DNA from: Octopus sinensis | Taxonomy: Eukaryota | NCBI RefSeq assembly: GCF_006345805.1 | Contig: NC_042998.1 | Location: 5,890,001 to 5,954,000, forward strand | Reading direction: 5' to 3' | Length of the DNA: 64,000 nt | Shown: piece by piece, positions 1-13,473 of the stretch | Position numbering within the stretch: the stretch's first letter is position 1 | Layout of the letters: each line of letters starts with the position of its first letter | Notes under the pieces: generated by a model | The model's input: only the letters and a program-made list of their open reading frames with translations | Told to the model about the DNA's origin: nothing | Database searches by the model: none | Position numbers and translations under genes: made by a program

Positions 1-1110
1 AACACTTTTATGTTAAGCGGTAAGTTCAATCTCTTCAAATGATACACAGTTATTTTTTTTGCCAAATAGATTCAAATAGGTTTTATTTTTACAAAATTTT
101 TAGAAACCGAGAGAATATCACAAATTTCTGAAAGACTTATGAAACAATGGCTCAATTGGAAAAATATATTATTTTCTTCAGGATTCACTTAAAAAATTTC
201 TGTTCTCTATCTTTTTTTTTTCTTTTCACTTTTAGTTAACATTCTATTTTGCCCTTCACAAAAACTGATGAGAACAGCATTCCCCGCCCCCCTAAAATGG
301 TACATCTTACCACCTCACTGCATTGCTATAAAGCTAACTAACCTTAACAGTAAATTTTTCCTTGTGACAGTGCTTAATGTAAACAGCAGCACAAGTGTAT
401 TGCTTCATATAGCTTGTGAAGCCACAAGGTATAATAGCAAACTTCATTAATGCTGGTATCTGTAATGCACACAGCTGACCTGCATCAGATTATCTCCCTT
501 ACAGGAATATAAAATGCAATTCAAGAAAGCTACCAAATCTGGAAAATTTAGTTCTCTAGAGTTGAAGTGAATGATAAATCTGGTCAGCTTAATCAAATTA
601 GCATAGAACCTGCAGTCTCTTACAGTACATTTCTATTACCATTTTCCCTATAACCATGTGTAGTCTGTATTACAACAGGTGTTGACAAATAGAAGAGCCA
701 TCCAGTATTGGAAACTCTAACCACACCTCAGCGAAATACAGTACTTGAAGATCCCAAATGTGGTGAAAGAGAGCATCGAATATTCGGAAAATAATTTGCG
801 TGGAAGGCTGTTGTTTTTAGAAATTTCTTCCAACCATGTTCATCATCATCATCATCATCATCATTTAGCGTCTGTTTTCCATGCTAGCATGGGTTGGACG
901 GTTCAACTGGGGTCTGGGAAGCCAGAAGGCTGCGCCAGGCCCAGTCTGATCTGGCAGTGTTTCTACAGCTGGATGCCCTTCCTAACGCCAACCACTCCGA
1001 GAGTGTAGTGGGTGATTTTATGTGCCACCGACACAGGTGCCAGACGAGGCTGGCGAACGGAAAAATATATTAGAATGGAAAAATATATTTAACATGAATG
1101 AAGATGATGT

Positions 1111-1150
<40 letters not shown>

Positions 1151-1305
1151 GGATGATGTTTATGGCTTCTTGATTTGAAGCGCATCATTGTTGCAAAGAT
1201 ATTAAAGACATTACATATGTAGATATGAAAATATGCCTCGACTTAAGTAAACACACGGCAGCATACACATGTATGTGTGTGTGTGTAAGTATATGTGTGT
1301 ATATA

Positions 1306-1341
<36 letters not shown>

Positions 1342-1365
1342 TGTATGTTAGTATGTATATGTGGG

Positions 1366-1439
<74 letters not shown>

Positions 1440-2456
1440 GATCATGCATCTTTCTGTGAACATATGCAAAATTACAAACAGACATATCTGATAAGTATTA
1501 TTTTTTTTCCTGGAAAATAAGTCCACCTACATTTTTGGCTTATTAAATGAAAAAAAAAAATAATAATAAAATAATTAAACAATAAATTTAATTATTTAAT
1601 TCAGATAATAATAGTAATATAACAACAGTAACAAAACGATCATAAGCATAATCTACTTCCATACTAAATGAAATATGAAATGAAAAAAAAAATCCAATTA
1701 CAAATGTCTAAGATTAAGAAACTAATTAATTACATAATGAAATATATTGGGAATATATTAGAAGAATAATGTTTAAGCCAATTATAAAATGCACAGAAAA
1801 TAACAGCATGCGAAGATATCCAAAACAGAGAGAAAGACAAATAACATGCCTTACTATTTTTTTTAATGTAATGATGCTTAATTGAAGTGTAAGAAATGTT
1901 AGATAACTGGAAGAGTTAGATAACAAGGGAAAGTCGGCAAAAACAAAATCTATGATGGGAAGGGATGGTTGAAATCTATTTTATCATGATCCTAGGTCTT
2001 CTAATCTGAAGTTAATTCTCATCTCTAAGCTGCAGCAGCCTTCTGAGATCTGTCCAACGATGCACACAAACACCCTATATTAATAAATCAAGAACTTCCA
2101 ATTTAGGTCATTGCAATTAAATTGGATTAATCGGTTAACTGCTGACAAGCAAAATTCACGAATTTTTACAATTTACGTTATAACAGATAATAACATCATC
2201 TTTCAATGTCTACTTTTCCGCGCTTGTATCGATCAGATGAAACTACACTGGAACGAGGTTTTCTATCCAACCAAGGTAGTAATATCCCAGTCTGTCAGAC
2301 AATGAACTGGATGGACAAAGTTACACGGAGAATTAGAAGTAAATGACATCATCTGAATAAAGACTTTCTTGTTTACAGTTGGTGAAAAAACACATGAAGA
2401 AGACAAGGGGAATTAGGAATTCATTCACACTAACACACACACATGCATTGTTGTTG

Positions 2457-2949
2457 TGACCCCCTTCGGTCATCAATGACCATGGGATTGTACCTAGAAA
2501 GTTACCCTCCGAGGCACAAGTCAGGGCAAGATTCTTTGTGGAAGGCTAGCAATCGCCCATGCATACCAGCCTCCTCTCTCCATGCCACCGATGTTATCCA
2601 AGGGAAAGGCAAAGGCCGATACAGCTTGGCACCAGTGATGTCGCAGCTCATTTATTAACGTGCAAGTGGCTGAGGGCTCCAGACACGTGTACCCTTAATG
2701 TAGTTCTCGGGGAGATTCAGCATGACACAGAGTGTGACAAGGCTGGCCATTTGAAATACAGGTACAACTCAAACAGGAAGAAAGAGTGAGAGAAAGTTGT
2801 GGTGAAAGAGTACAGCAGAGTTCACCACCACCCCCTGCCGGAGCCTCGTGGAGCTAAATAAATACTCACAATGCCCAGTCTGGGAATCGAAACCGTGATC
2901 CTACTACCGCGAGTCCGCTGCCCTAACTGCTGGGCCATTGCACCTCCAC
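2457..2949 (-). mobile_element. SINE, head E plus linker plus tail T1
   Basis: Head matches 33426/57211; the distal ~190 bp match tail T1 of 48548-48880. Confidence 0.8.
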
Positions 2950-3499
2950 ACACACAATGATAGGCTTTCTCAACTCCATCTAATGTTTTCTGGTCAGTCA
3001 CAAAGCACTGATCAACTCATTTACATCGTACAGAACATCAGAGTAGAGACCCGATATAGTGGGGCTGAACCCCTAACAACATGCTTCTAAATCAAACATC
3101 TTAATCATCCACACAGTCATGTCTATGCCTAAGTGTATGTGTATATGTGTATGTGGGCATGTGTTTGTAAAAGGGAGAGAGAGAGAGAGATCACTATGAT
3201 CTCATCATCACTATTTAACATCCATGTTTCATACTGGCATGGACTGCATGGTTTGATAGGATTTGATGGGTCTAAAGACCTCATCACACTTCAGTGTCTA
3301 ATTTTACATGGTTTCTACAAATGGGTGTGCTTCCTAATGCCAGTTACTTTACACTGTGTGCTGAGGAATTTTTTGTGGTACCAGCACCAGTGAGATTGCC
3401 ATGCAACTTGCAAGACTAAAATCAGTCCCCTTAGGCTTAGTGGGGCTACAGTACAAAGGGAGGTGGTTTTATTCTAGGAGATAATGGGTTAAAGTGATG

Positions 3500-3970
3500 G
3501 GGCCAGAACTGGTTTCTTCCTGTAATGAAGTTACACAGTGACTCAGGTTTTAGAAGAGAAGGCAGGAGTGACTGAAGTGGAGCTGGAAAATGATAAAAAT
3601 AGTAGTGATGAGGTATCAAGGTGGACCTTTGAGGTACAAGGTGAGATGAAATGAGTGGAGATAGGTAAACAGGGAGTGTAGGTGAGTAGAGGTTGCATAA
3701 GTGTATAGGAGAGTGAGAGAAGGATAGAGATGAGAATTGGCGAGAGGGAGAATATACTGAATGGAGGACTTGAGAGATGATATGCAGGGAAGATAGGGAA
3801 GAGTAGGTGAGAACTGTAGAGATCAGATAGGGTTGACGGGTGGATGTAGAGACTGGTAGACAAGTGAGTGGGGTGTCCTATGATATACGTGAGTTGGTAG
3901 GAGGTAGGAGAGAGAGTAGGAGATGACTGACAGAGTAGAAAAGTGAAAGTGAAGAGCAGCAGAATAGTCA
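3500..3970 (-). mobile_element. Purine-rich (on +) degenerate LINE-like fragment, possibly L2-type
   Basis: Compositional only: Ser/Pro/Leu-rich minus frame; a similar block lies at 30600-31020. No RT motif recognised. Confidence 0.3.
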
Positions 3971-3980
3971 TAATGATACA

Positions 3981-4064
<84 letters not shown>

Positions 4065-5005
4065 ATATATATATAAATTAAATTAGAGATAAAACCACTA
4101 TTAGGCAAATCAAACAGTAAAAAACATAAACCAAAACATAAAGATAAAAATAATTAATATAATATACAAAATGTATAAAAATATAAAATTTAAAAATTTA
4201 AATTATTTAAATTTAAAATTAAAATTATTAATTTATATTTATAAATTTTTTTATATATTTATATATATATGTGTGTGTGTGTGTATACATATATATATAT
4301 ATATATATAAATTAAATATAAGAGAGAGAGAGAGAGAGAGAGATGATGTGCAGTTGGGTTGGTTGCAAGAAAATGGGGGTGAACCACAGTACATGAGGAG
4401 AGTGAGAGATGTATGGAGATGAAGACCAATATTATATTCAGACAGATATAAATACCTAGTCTTTATATACAAAAAAAAAGGAGGGATTAACCAGATTAGC
4501 AATAATCCATTGCTAAGATTTTATCAGTATTTTCTGCATTAGTCCATTTGATGATAACATGTGTAGTGTGTGCATACATGCACATACATAAACTTTTACC
4601 ATCAATGCAATTGCTTACATTTTTGCATGCTGGCATGAGTTAGAAGGTACTTTTTAAGGCAGGGTTTTACAGCTGAATGCTCTTCCTATTGTGAATCCCT
4701 TGAGTTGTCTCTTTGTTGAGGCGATAAAAGGATGCCTTTCCTGTCACCAACCCTCAAGGGTTTCAAAGTTACATTTTCCTTCTTCCTTTGAAGATAAACA
4801 GCACTGAAATCAGGAGAGACTTTACATAAGATTATGAACAGGAGTGGCTGTGTGGTAAGTAGCTTGCTAACCAACCACATGGTTCCGGGTTCAGTCCCAC
4901 TGCGTGGCATCTTGGGTAAGTGTCTTCTGCTATAGCCCCGGGCCGACCAATGCCTTGTTAGTGAATTTGGTGGACAGAAACTGAAAGAAGCCTGTCGTAT
5001 ATATG

Positions 5006-5036
<31 letters not shown>

Positions 5037-7412
5037 GTGTGTATGTGTTTGTTCCCCTAGCATTGCTTGACAACCGATGCTGGTGTGCTTACATCCCCGT
5101 CATTTAGCAAAAGAGACCGATAGAATAAGTACTGGGCTTACAAAGAATAAGTTCCGGGGTCGATTTGCTCGACTAAAGGCGGTGCTCCAGCATGGCCGCA
5201 GTCAAATGACTGAAACATGTAAAAGAATAAAGAATAAAAGAATACGACACTGCTTGTATGACAGTAACATTTGTTTACAATTAGACACAAAAATATATGC
5301 ACGCATGCGAGCACGCACACACACACAAACTTCTTTCAGTTTCCAACTACCAAATCCACTAATATGACTTTGGTTGTCTCAGGGCCTGTAAAGAAGGCAC
5401 TTGGAAGGTGTCATGTAGCAGACATGAACCTGAAACCATGTGGTCATTTAATAAAATTTTTAAATATAGGCACAGGAGTGGCTGTGTGGTAAGTAGCTTG
5501 ATTACCAACCACATGGTTCCTGCTTCCGTCCCACTGCGTGGCACCTTAGGCAAGTGTTTTCTACTATAGCGTCGGGCCAACCAAAGCATTGTGAGTAGAT
5601 TTGGTAAATGGAAACTGAAAGAAGCCCGTCGTATATATATATATACACATACATACATACATACACATTATATATATATATATATGTATATGTTTGTGTG
5701 TCTGTGTTTGTCCCCACAACATCGCTTGACAACCAATGCTGGTTCGGCAAGAGAGACCGATAGAATAAGTACTAGGCTTACAAAGAATAAGTCCTGGGGT
5801 CGATTTGCTTGACTAAAGGCAGTGCTCCAGCATGGCCACAGTCAAATGACTGAAACAAATAAAAGAACTACATAGCCTTGCCTATCAATCACTGCCCAAC
5901 ATAATATGTGTAAGGTGCTCCAAACCTTAACCCCAATTCACAACTAGAGATAACTTATCAATAAGGACAATATTTCTCTATGGAATGTGAACTGCAGCAA
6001 ATTTGGTGATTCTGGCTTTGAAGATACAAGATTTCCATCCAATTTGAACTGTCACAAACAATAAACAAAATTAAAGTATGGAATAATAGAAAACAATTTT
6101 TTCTCATTATTGTCATTAGTTCAAGACATTTATCATCCATCACTGCAAATTCCTACCAATTTTTGTTGGTATTAGAGTAATAGATATACATTAGATACAC
6201 AGAATTATGAATAGTGATGATACAGCATTAGAGCATTTTAAAAATGAATATTCATATGTATACTTTACACAGACGCACGCTTGCAAGCACACATACATGC
6301 ACATACACACAATTTACAAATAGCAAATACATGATAAGTAATTCTAGTATTTTAAAATTAATTGAATTCACTTCTGATTTTTGTTTTCTTAGCATCCACA
6401 TCTGATATTATTTTTGTGTGAACAAATACACAAATACCAAACTTTTAAAAGGTTTAAGTGTAATGACATATTTCTTAAGGCTGAACATTATTTAAAAAAT
6501 GGACAACAAATGACTACATATTTTAGTACAAACATAAGTTGTTGCAATAAGTACAATTTTCTGAGTGATTGTTGTAAAATTACATTTATAAATGTCCAAA
6601 AACAAAAACCAAAAAAAGAACCCCAACAAAAAACAAACTAAAAATTAGAATAAATATGAACAATAAAATGCAGTGAAATATGAAATAAAGAAAATAAAGA
6701 TAATTTTGTTTCAAAACTTTTAAGAATTTAAAGAGATTAATTGGAACTGCTTCTGTAAAACTGCAAAGCTTTTATTGCTGAGCTGCAGCTAATAAGATCT
6801 GAACCACAAAAAGTATAGTAATTTCATCCATTGTCTAGTCTGGCATCATTTTCATTAGTTCCATACAAGAAATAAAAACCAAGAAGTTCCAAAAATGTTT
6901 TAAAATGTTTAAAGAAAATAACATTTTTCAATAGCTGAATATAGTTAGCAATAAAACCCAGACATAAGGAAGACGCTAAGTGAAGTAATAAGAACTGCCT
7001 TTTTAGTTATTTTATGGAAATCATGCCTTGCAGTGTTTTAAAGAAGTTTCTTGACTATGCGAAGATCAGAAATTATAGGTTGGCATTTTGGTAGATCAAA
7101 GTGTCAAAAAAAATCAGGCTTTATTTTTGTTTCTATCTCCCACCACTACCACCACTACCACTACCACTACCACCACTACCACCACCACTATGATCAACAT
7201 TTTTGTTGACAAACTGCTGACATCCTTTTTTAAATAGAGTATGAAAGTTCAATCAGAGCTAACAGCATACAGCTGCTCATTCTAATATAGGTAAATCAAT
7301 AACTTGAAATTTTGCGTGTCTAATGGAATGTTTGATAAGTGATGGCATGTAGATGAAATGATATTCGTTCATATATATATATATATATTTTGTTCCCAAA
7401 CCCTGGTTTTAA

Positions 7413-7456
<44 letters not shown>

Positions 7457-7928
7457 TTAAAACCAGGGTTCTGGAACAATAGTTTAAGATTTTTTTTCCC
7501 TCTGCCTGTATGCATGCATTGTGGGTGCAGCACTATGGCTGAATGGTTGAGAAGTTCACTTTGCTTTGATGAAATCTGAGTTTTAATCTGTCTCCCACAG
7601 TATGATGTAATAGGCAAGTTTATATATATGTGTGTGTATGTATGTATGTATGTATATATATATATATATATATCATCATCATCATCATCATCATTTAACG
7701 TCCGCTTTCCATGCTAGCATGGGTTGGACGGTTCAACTGGGGTCTGGGGAGCCCGAAAGTTGCACCAGTCCAGTCAGATCTGGCAGTGTTTCTACAGCTG
7801 GATGCCCTTAATTCACGAAGGTGTCATTAATTCTATTATTATCCAATTCAACAATTCAAAAAATGATAATAACAGAATCAATAACACAGGCGATAGCAGG
7901 CCAAAAAATAGCATTAAATAGCCGAGGG

Positions 7929-8067
7929 ATTAAAATTAATCAAAGGACATACTAGGTAAGTCAACCTGCTTGAAATAACAGTCAAAACTCTTATTATTAA
8001 TAATAAGAGTTTTGACTGTTATTTCAAGCAGGTTGACATACCTAGTACGTCCTTGATTAATTTTAAT
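7929..8067. repeat. 139-bp spacerless near-perfect palindrome
   Basis: Arms differ by about 2 substitutions and 1 indel; the centre is TTAA. Confidence 0.9.
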
Positions 8068-8075
8068 ATATATAT

Positions 8076-8108
<33 letters not shown>

Positions 8109-8364
8109 CTATATAAACTTGCCTATTACATCATACTGTGGGAGACGGATTGAACCTCAGATTTCATCAAAGCAAAGTGAACTTCTCAACCATTCAGCCA
8201 TAATGCTGGTAACCACTATATGCTGTAGTGAACAGTTCACACGTGTGCTGAGGCTGACCAAAGGATTTTATTTTTAGATATATCTGGGGTACTTATATGT
8301 ACTCATGATTTTTGCTTCGGCTTTTTTCCATGGGCGCATGTAAGTATTTCATTTATTTCTTTTG

Positions 8365-8433
8365 TATTTTCTACTGATGAGGAAAAAAAATCTATTATGA
8401 GATTAATTCCGAAATTGATTCAATATAGAAATA
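8365..8433 (+). ncRNA. Minimal type I hammerhead ribozyme motif in a probable Penelope-like 3' end
   Basis: TTTCTA-CTGATGA-GGAA...TTCC-GAAA-TTGATTCAAT-A-TAGAAA: stems I, II and III all pair; predicted cleavage after AUA at 8425. Confidence 0.65.
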
Positions 8434-8784
8434 ATGAACTTTTAAAAAAAATCCTGTTGGCTTGCTTTCTTCGATTTCAGCTCTACGTATTTTCTGTAGC
8501 GAGTAAATAATATGTGGAAATTGATGATTTAAAAGTTTGTTATTAGCATATTGACATAGAAATAATTTTCTTTTGCTCTTGTTTATAAGTTGTTTATAAT
8601 TTTAACCATAAAGGTATTTTAATATACTGCCACTTTTTTGATGAAATTTTTTCTGTAAAAAAACTTCATCCTATATTAGTAGTATATATATATATGCACA
8701 CACACATACACATTACATTTGTGTATGTATGTGTGTGTGTAGGTGCAGGAGTAGCTGTGTGGTAAGAAGCTTGAGAAACTACTG

Positions 8785-9870
8785 GAAAAGAGTTATCTGT
8801 ATCAATGTAATTCACGATGGATATCAAAATGTTGACATCACGACTGCAGCTCAATGCTCTGTGAACACTGTAAAGGCTGTAAGACGTGACATGGATAGCA
8901 TGAAAACCAAGCTCATCCAAAATGTGAAGGTCTTTAGGAGTGTCTCCAATGAGGTGGGCGTTATACAACTCCACATCTTTGAATAGGGTCTTAAGCTCAT
9001 TTCAGATGGCAATGTGAAGCTGCTAGAGACTGTGCTTGGAGAGAGTTGCTGCTGGAAGGTCATATGTGTGACAACAAGATTCAGCTGTTTAAGGCGGCGA
9101 GCTGGCAGAACGGGCGAAATGCCTAGTGGTATTTTGTCTGCCGTTAGGTTCTGAGTTCAAATTCCGCCGAGGTCGACTTTGCCTTTCATCCTTTCGGGGT
9201 CGATAAATTAAGTACCAGTTATGCACTGGGGTCGATGTAATTGACTTAATACCTATGTCTGTCCTTGTTTGTCCCCTCTATGTTTAGCCCCTTGTGGGTA
9301 ATAAAGAAATAGGTATTTTGTCTGCCGTTAGGTTCTGAGTTCAAATTCCACTGAGGTCGACTTTGCCTTTCATCCTTTCGGGGTCGATTAAATAAGTACC
9401 AGTTAATCACTGGAGTCGATGTAATTGTTTGTCCCCTCTCTGTTTAGCTCCCTGTGGGTAATAAAGCAATAAAAAGATTCAGCTGTTTGCCATACCTCTG
9501 GAAAGAGTCAGAAGTGGTTGGCAGAGAATTGCTTTACTCCACCAGCACCAATTTCTGACTTCCTGATTTCTCTGATTTTGATTTCATGGATTACTATGTG
9601 TGGTTGAGAAAGGCACCAACCACTCAGCTCACAACACTAAGGATGAGCTGGTGGTCAAAATCAAGGAAGTGTTTAGAGACCTCCCCAGGTGCACAATGAG
9701 GAATGCATACACCAGGTTCCAGAGCCGTAGTGAGGACACAGTGGAAGCTGAGGGAGGCTACTTCTGAGTAAACTGTTATCTAATTCATAGTTTTTGATTT
9801 TTATACAATTCTTTTTTTTGGGGATGGAATATTGTTTTCTTTTCCTTTGATGCAAACTGCCAAATTTAGC
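8785..9870 (+). mobile_element. Degenerate Tc1/mariner transposase relic interrupted by a SINE-B dimer
   Basis: Residual VFRSVSNE, QQDSAVCHTSGKSQKWLAEN, DFMDYYVW and VEAEGGYF motifs across frameshifts and the insertion. Confidence 0.75.
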
Positions 9871-9888
9871 CTGAACACCATGTGCACA

Positions 9889-9920
<32 letters not shown>

Positions 9921-10213
9921 CATATATAAAACCTGTCCTCTACAGCAGAGGTGTTGAGGCTGCTCCTCTTGGTGAAGAGGGTTGGCTTGTAAGAGTCCTA
10001 TGCAGGTGCCATGTAAAAAATACTCAGGCCAGGTAAGAGCACTCACGCTGGTGCCAGGTTAAAAGCACCCAGCATACACTGTAAAGTAACTGGTGTTTTG
10101 AAGGGCATCTAGCCAAATTAGACTGGAACTTGGTGCAGCTCTCCAACTTGTCAGCTTAGGTCAAATTGTCCAATCCCTTAGAATATGGAAAAACAGATGT
10201 TAAATGATGATGA

Positions 10214-10250
<37 letters not shown>

Positions 10251-10822
10251 CGTAGGAGTGTCTGTGTGGCAAGTAGCTTGCTTAACAACCACATGGTTCC
10301 GGGTTCAGTCCCACTGCATGGCACCTTGGGCAAGTGTCTCATCCTATAGACTTGGGCCGACCAAAGCCTTGTGAGTAGATTTGGTAGACAGAAACTGAAA
10401 GAAGCCCATTGTATATATGTATATATATATATATATATGTATGTATGTGCTGGTGTGTTTATGTCTCTGTAACTTAGCTGTTTGGCAAAGGAGACTGATA
10501 GAATAAGTACTGGGCTTACAAAGAATAAGTCCTGGGGTCGATTTGCTCGACTAAAGGCAGTGCTCCAGCATGGCCACAGTTAAATGACTGAAACCAGTAA
10601 AAGAGCAAAGAGTAAATATATACCTTGTGACTGAAACTGGGTAAACAGAAACTGTAATGAAGCCTGTCAGAAGGGTCTGCTCAGTTATGGTTGACTTGGG
10701 ACTTAGTAAAGGTAACTATGAACTATGTTAATCCTATACTGTCATTAACGAAACACACCAAGTGAACTACTCTCAATATTTGCACAGAGTTGCTTCTCCA
10801 GAATTCCATACTTAACACTTAC

Positions 10823-10886
10823 TTCAACCAATCCATCTGGAATTAAAGCGCATCTACCCAATTGAGGAAGAACTAAAATGTCTTTC
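10823..10886 (-). CDS. Candidate exon (KDILVLPQLGRCALIPDGLVE)
   Basis: Long pyrimidine tract with ttcttag acceptor and GAA|GTAAGT donor; only one frame is open, phase 2 to 0. Confidence 0.55.
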
Positions 10887-11559
10887 CTAAGAACAATAGA
10901 AAAATAGGAAATACAGCCAAAAAAAAAAAATACAAACAAAAAACTGCAACTTAGCAAAGGATCCAATCAGATTCCTTAAGTGAAAATCCAATCTTGCTAT
11001 AAAGCATTTATCTGTAGAATCTGTGAAGTGAGAAAAGACGAGTGGTAAGGGAAAGTAGAGCCCTGCACAATTCAATAGGGTTGTCATTTGAATGAAGGGG
11101 GAGTGGTATGGAGCAGTATGAGACTGCTGCTGGAATACTTTGAATGACATGTTGTAATGATGGCAAGAAAACCTCTCAACACCATTAAATGCAGGTATAA
11201 TGGAAAGTAGGTAGCTAGCAACAGGAAACATCACAAGTCAAAACATGAAAATGATGAACTCAAAACAGAAATGAAATGCGAAATAAAACACAGTTTTCTT
11301 TAAAATATTCCACGGAAACAACAAAACCAGCAAAAAAGATGTTCACCAGAAAGAAAACAACGGCAAGGGAAAATTAATGAAGAAAAAAAAAAGCAGAAAG
11401 TGTTTGTGTGTGTGAAAGAAAAAGAGAATGAGAGAGAGAGAGAGAAACTGAGAGGGGGGTTGGGAGAAAAAGATACTCAAGGGAAATTACGAAAAACCAA
11501 ATAGCTTTATGAAATCTAACAAAGAATAAAATATAACTGTTGGAGGACAATCAAAAAGG

Positions 11560-11571
11560 CTGATATGTATG

Positions 11572-11633
<62 letters not shown>

Positions 11634-11756
11634 GTATGTTTGTATATATATATATATATGTATGTATGTATATATATATATGTGTGTGTGTGTGTCTGTA
11701 TATATTATATATATATATTAAATATATACACATATGTATATATATGTATACATATG

Positions 11757-11789
<33 letters not shown>

Positions 11790-11960
11790 TCACATATGTA
11801 TACATATGTATACATATGTATGTGTATATATAATATATAATATATATATATTCACATATGTATACATATGTATACATATATGTATGTGTGTATATTTATT
11901 TATATATATATATATATATTCACATATGTATACATATGTATACATATATGTATGTGTGTA

Positions 11961-12030
<70 letters not shown>
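11560..12030. repeat. Compound (TA)n/(TATG)n microsatellite with higher-order ~55-bp units
   Basis: Read directly; unit ...TTCACATATGTATACATATGTATACAT... recurs about three times. Similar large blocks at 1261-1440, 3981-4075, 12380-12980, 15540-15940, 24620-25030, 28085-28440, 39510-39830, 58065-58300, 61320-61450. Confidence 0.95.
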
Positions 12031-13125
12031 CTGGCCATATTTTAGCTACTTTTCTATTCTAAAACCGAAGCCACAAGAATGGGATTTCCTGCTTGTCAGA
12101 AATATTTCCCTTTGTGGAAAAAGAGGTGTAAAGTTACCATTAGCAATAAAATTTTCATTTGGAAAGTGCGGAGAAAATGATCTTTTTATCACAATAAAAT
12201 TCATTTCCTTTTAGTAGAAAAATATACGTTTAAATAAAAACAAGTATGAAACAATGTTTCTCGCAATACAATGAAATAACATGAAATACAGAAATTTACC
12301 AGCATCTTAGAGAAATATAGATAGATGTATGTATGTATGTATTTATCTATCAATGAGTATGTATGCATATAATATATATCTATATATACATATATATATA
12401 TACCTATATATATATATATATATACATATATATGCATACGCATATATATATACATATATCTATATATATATACCTATATATATCATCATCATCCTCATCA
12501 TCATCGTTTAGCGTCCGTTTTCCATGCTAGCATGGGTTGGACGGTTCTACTGGGGTCTGTGAAGCCAGAAGGCTTCATCAGGCCCAGTCAAATCTGGCAG
12601 TGTTTCTATGGCTGGATGCCCTTCCTAACGCCAACCACTCCGTGAGTGTAGTGGGTGCTTTTTACGTGCCACCCGCACTGGTGCCAGACAGAGCTGGCAA
12701 ACGGCCACGAACGGATGGTGCTTTTTATGTGCCACCGGCACGAGGGCCAGGCGAGGCTGGCATATATATGCATACACATATATGCATACACACATATATA
12801 TATATATATATATCTATATCTATATATATACATATATATATACATATATATATATATATACATATATATACATATATATACATACATATATATACATATA
12901 TATACATACATATATATACATAATATATATACATATATATACACACATATATATACGCACACATATATACACACATATATAAAATGATATCTGATGTTGG
13001 GCAATGAAGCATAATGGATTGATATTTTGTAGCTATAATGGAACATAACTAAATATATTTGGCAGTACAGATTAGGATCGTAACTCTTTAGCATCCAAAA
13101 TCACAAGAGTTATTGTTAAGTTTAC

Positions 13126-13259
13126 CCATGGCTTAGCTCTGATCATGTAATCCAATGTCTTCCAGGCCATATTTTCAGGTAATATATCCAGAACTACCTC
13201 ATTTAATATGTCTTGTCCTTTTAAGATGGCAAAGATGTGGTTTGAGGGAAATTTGGTAG
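13126..13259 (-). CDS. Candidate exon (TKFPSNHIFAILKGQDILNEVVLDILPENMAWKTLDYMIRAKPW)
   Basis: tattcag acceptor, TGG|GTAAAC donor, 134 nt of non-repetitive protein-like frame between microsatellite blocks. Confidence 0.5.
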
Positions 13260-13473
13260 CTGAATACACGTGGGTGTATACACACACACACACACACACA
13301 CACATATATTTATATGCATATGTATACATACATAACAACATACACTACATACACGCACACATATACGTATATATACAGATATAAATTTATATTTATACTG
13401 TGAAATTTGATTTAATCCTAAATCTAATTTTTCCCGGATTTACCCCCTAATATTATATATATATATATATATA

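Noticed and set aside
4839-4900. tRNA genes suggested by A/B boxes
   Set aside because: The boxes belong to SINE heads; no complete cloverleaf was found.
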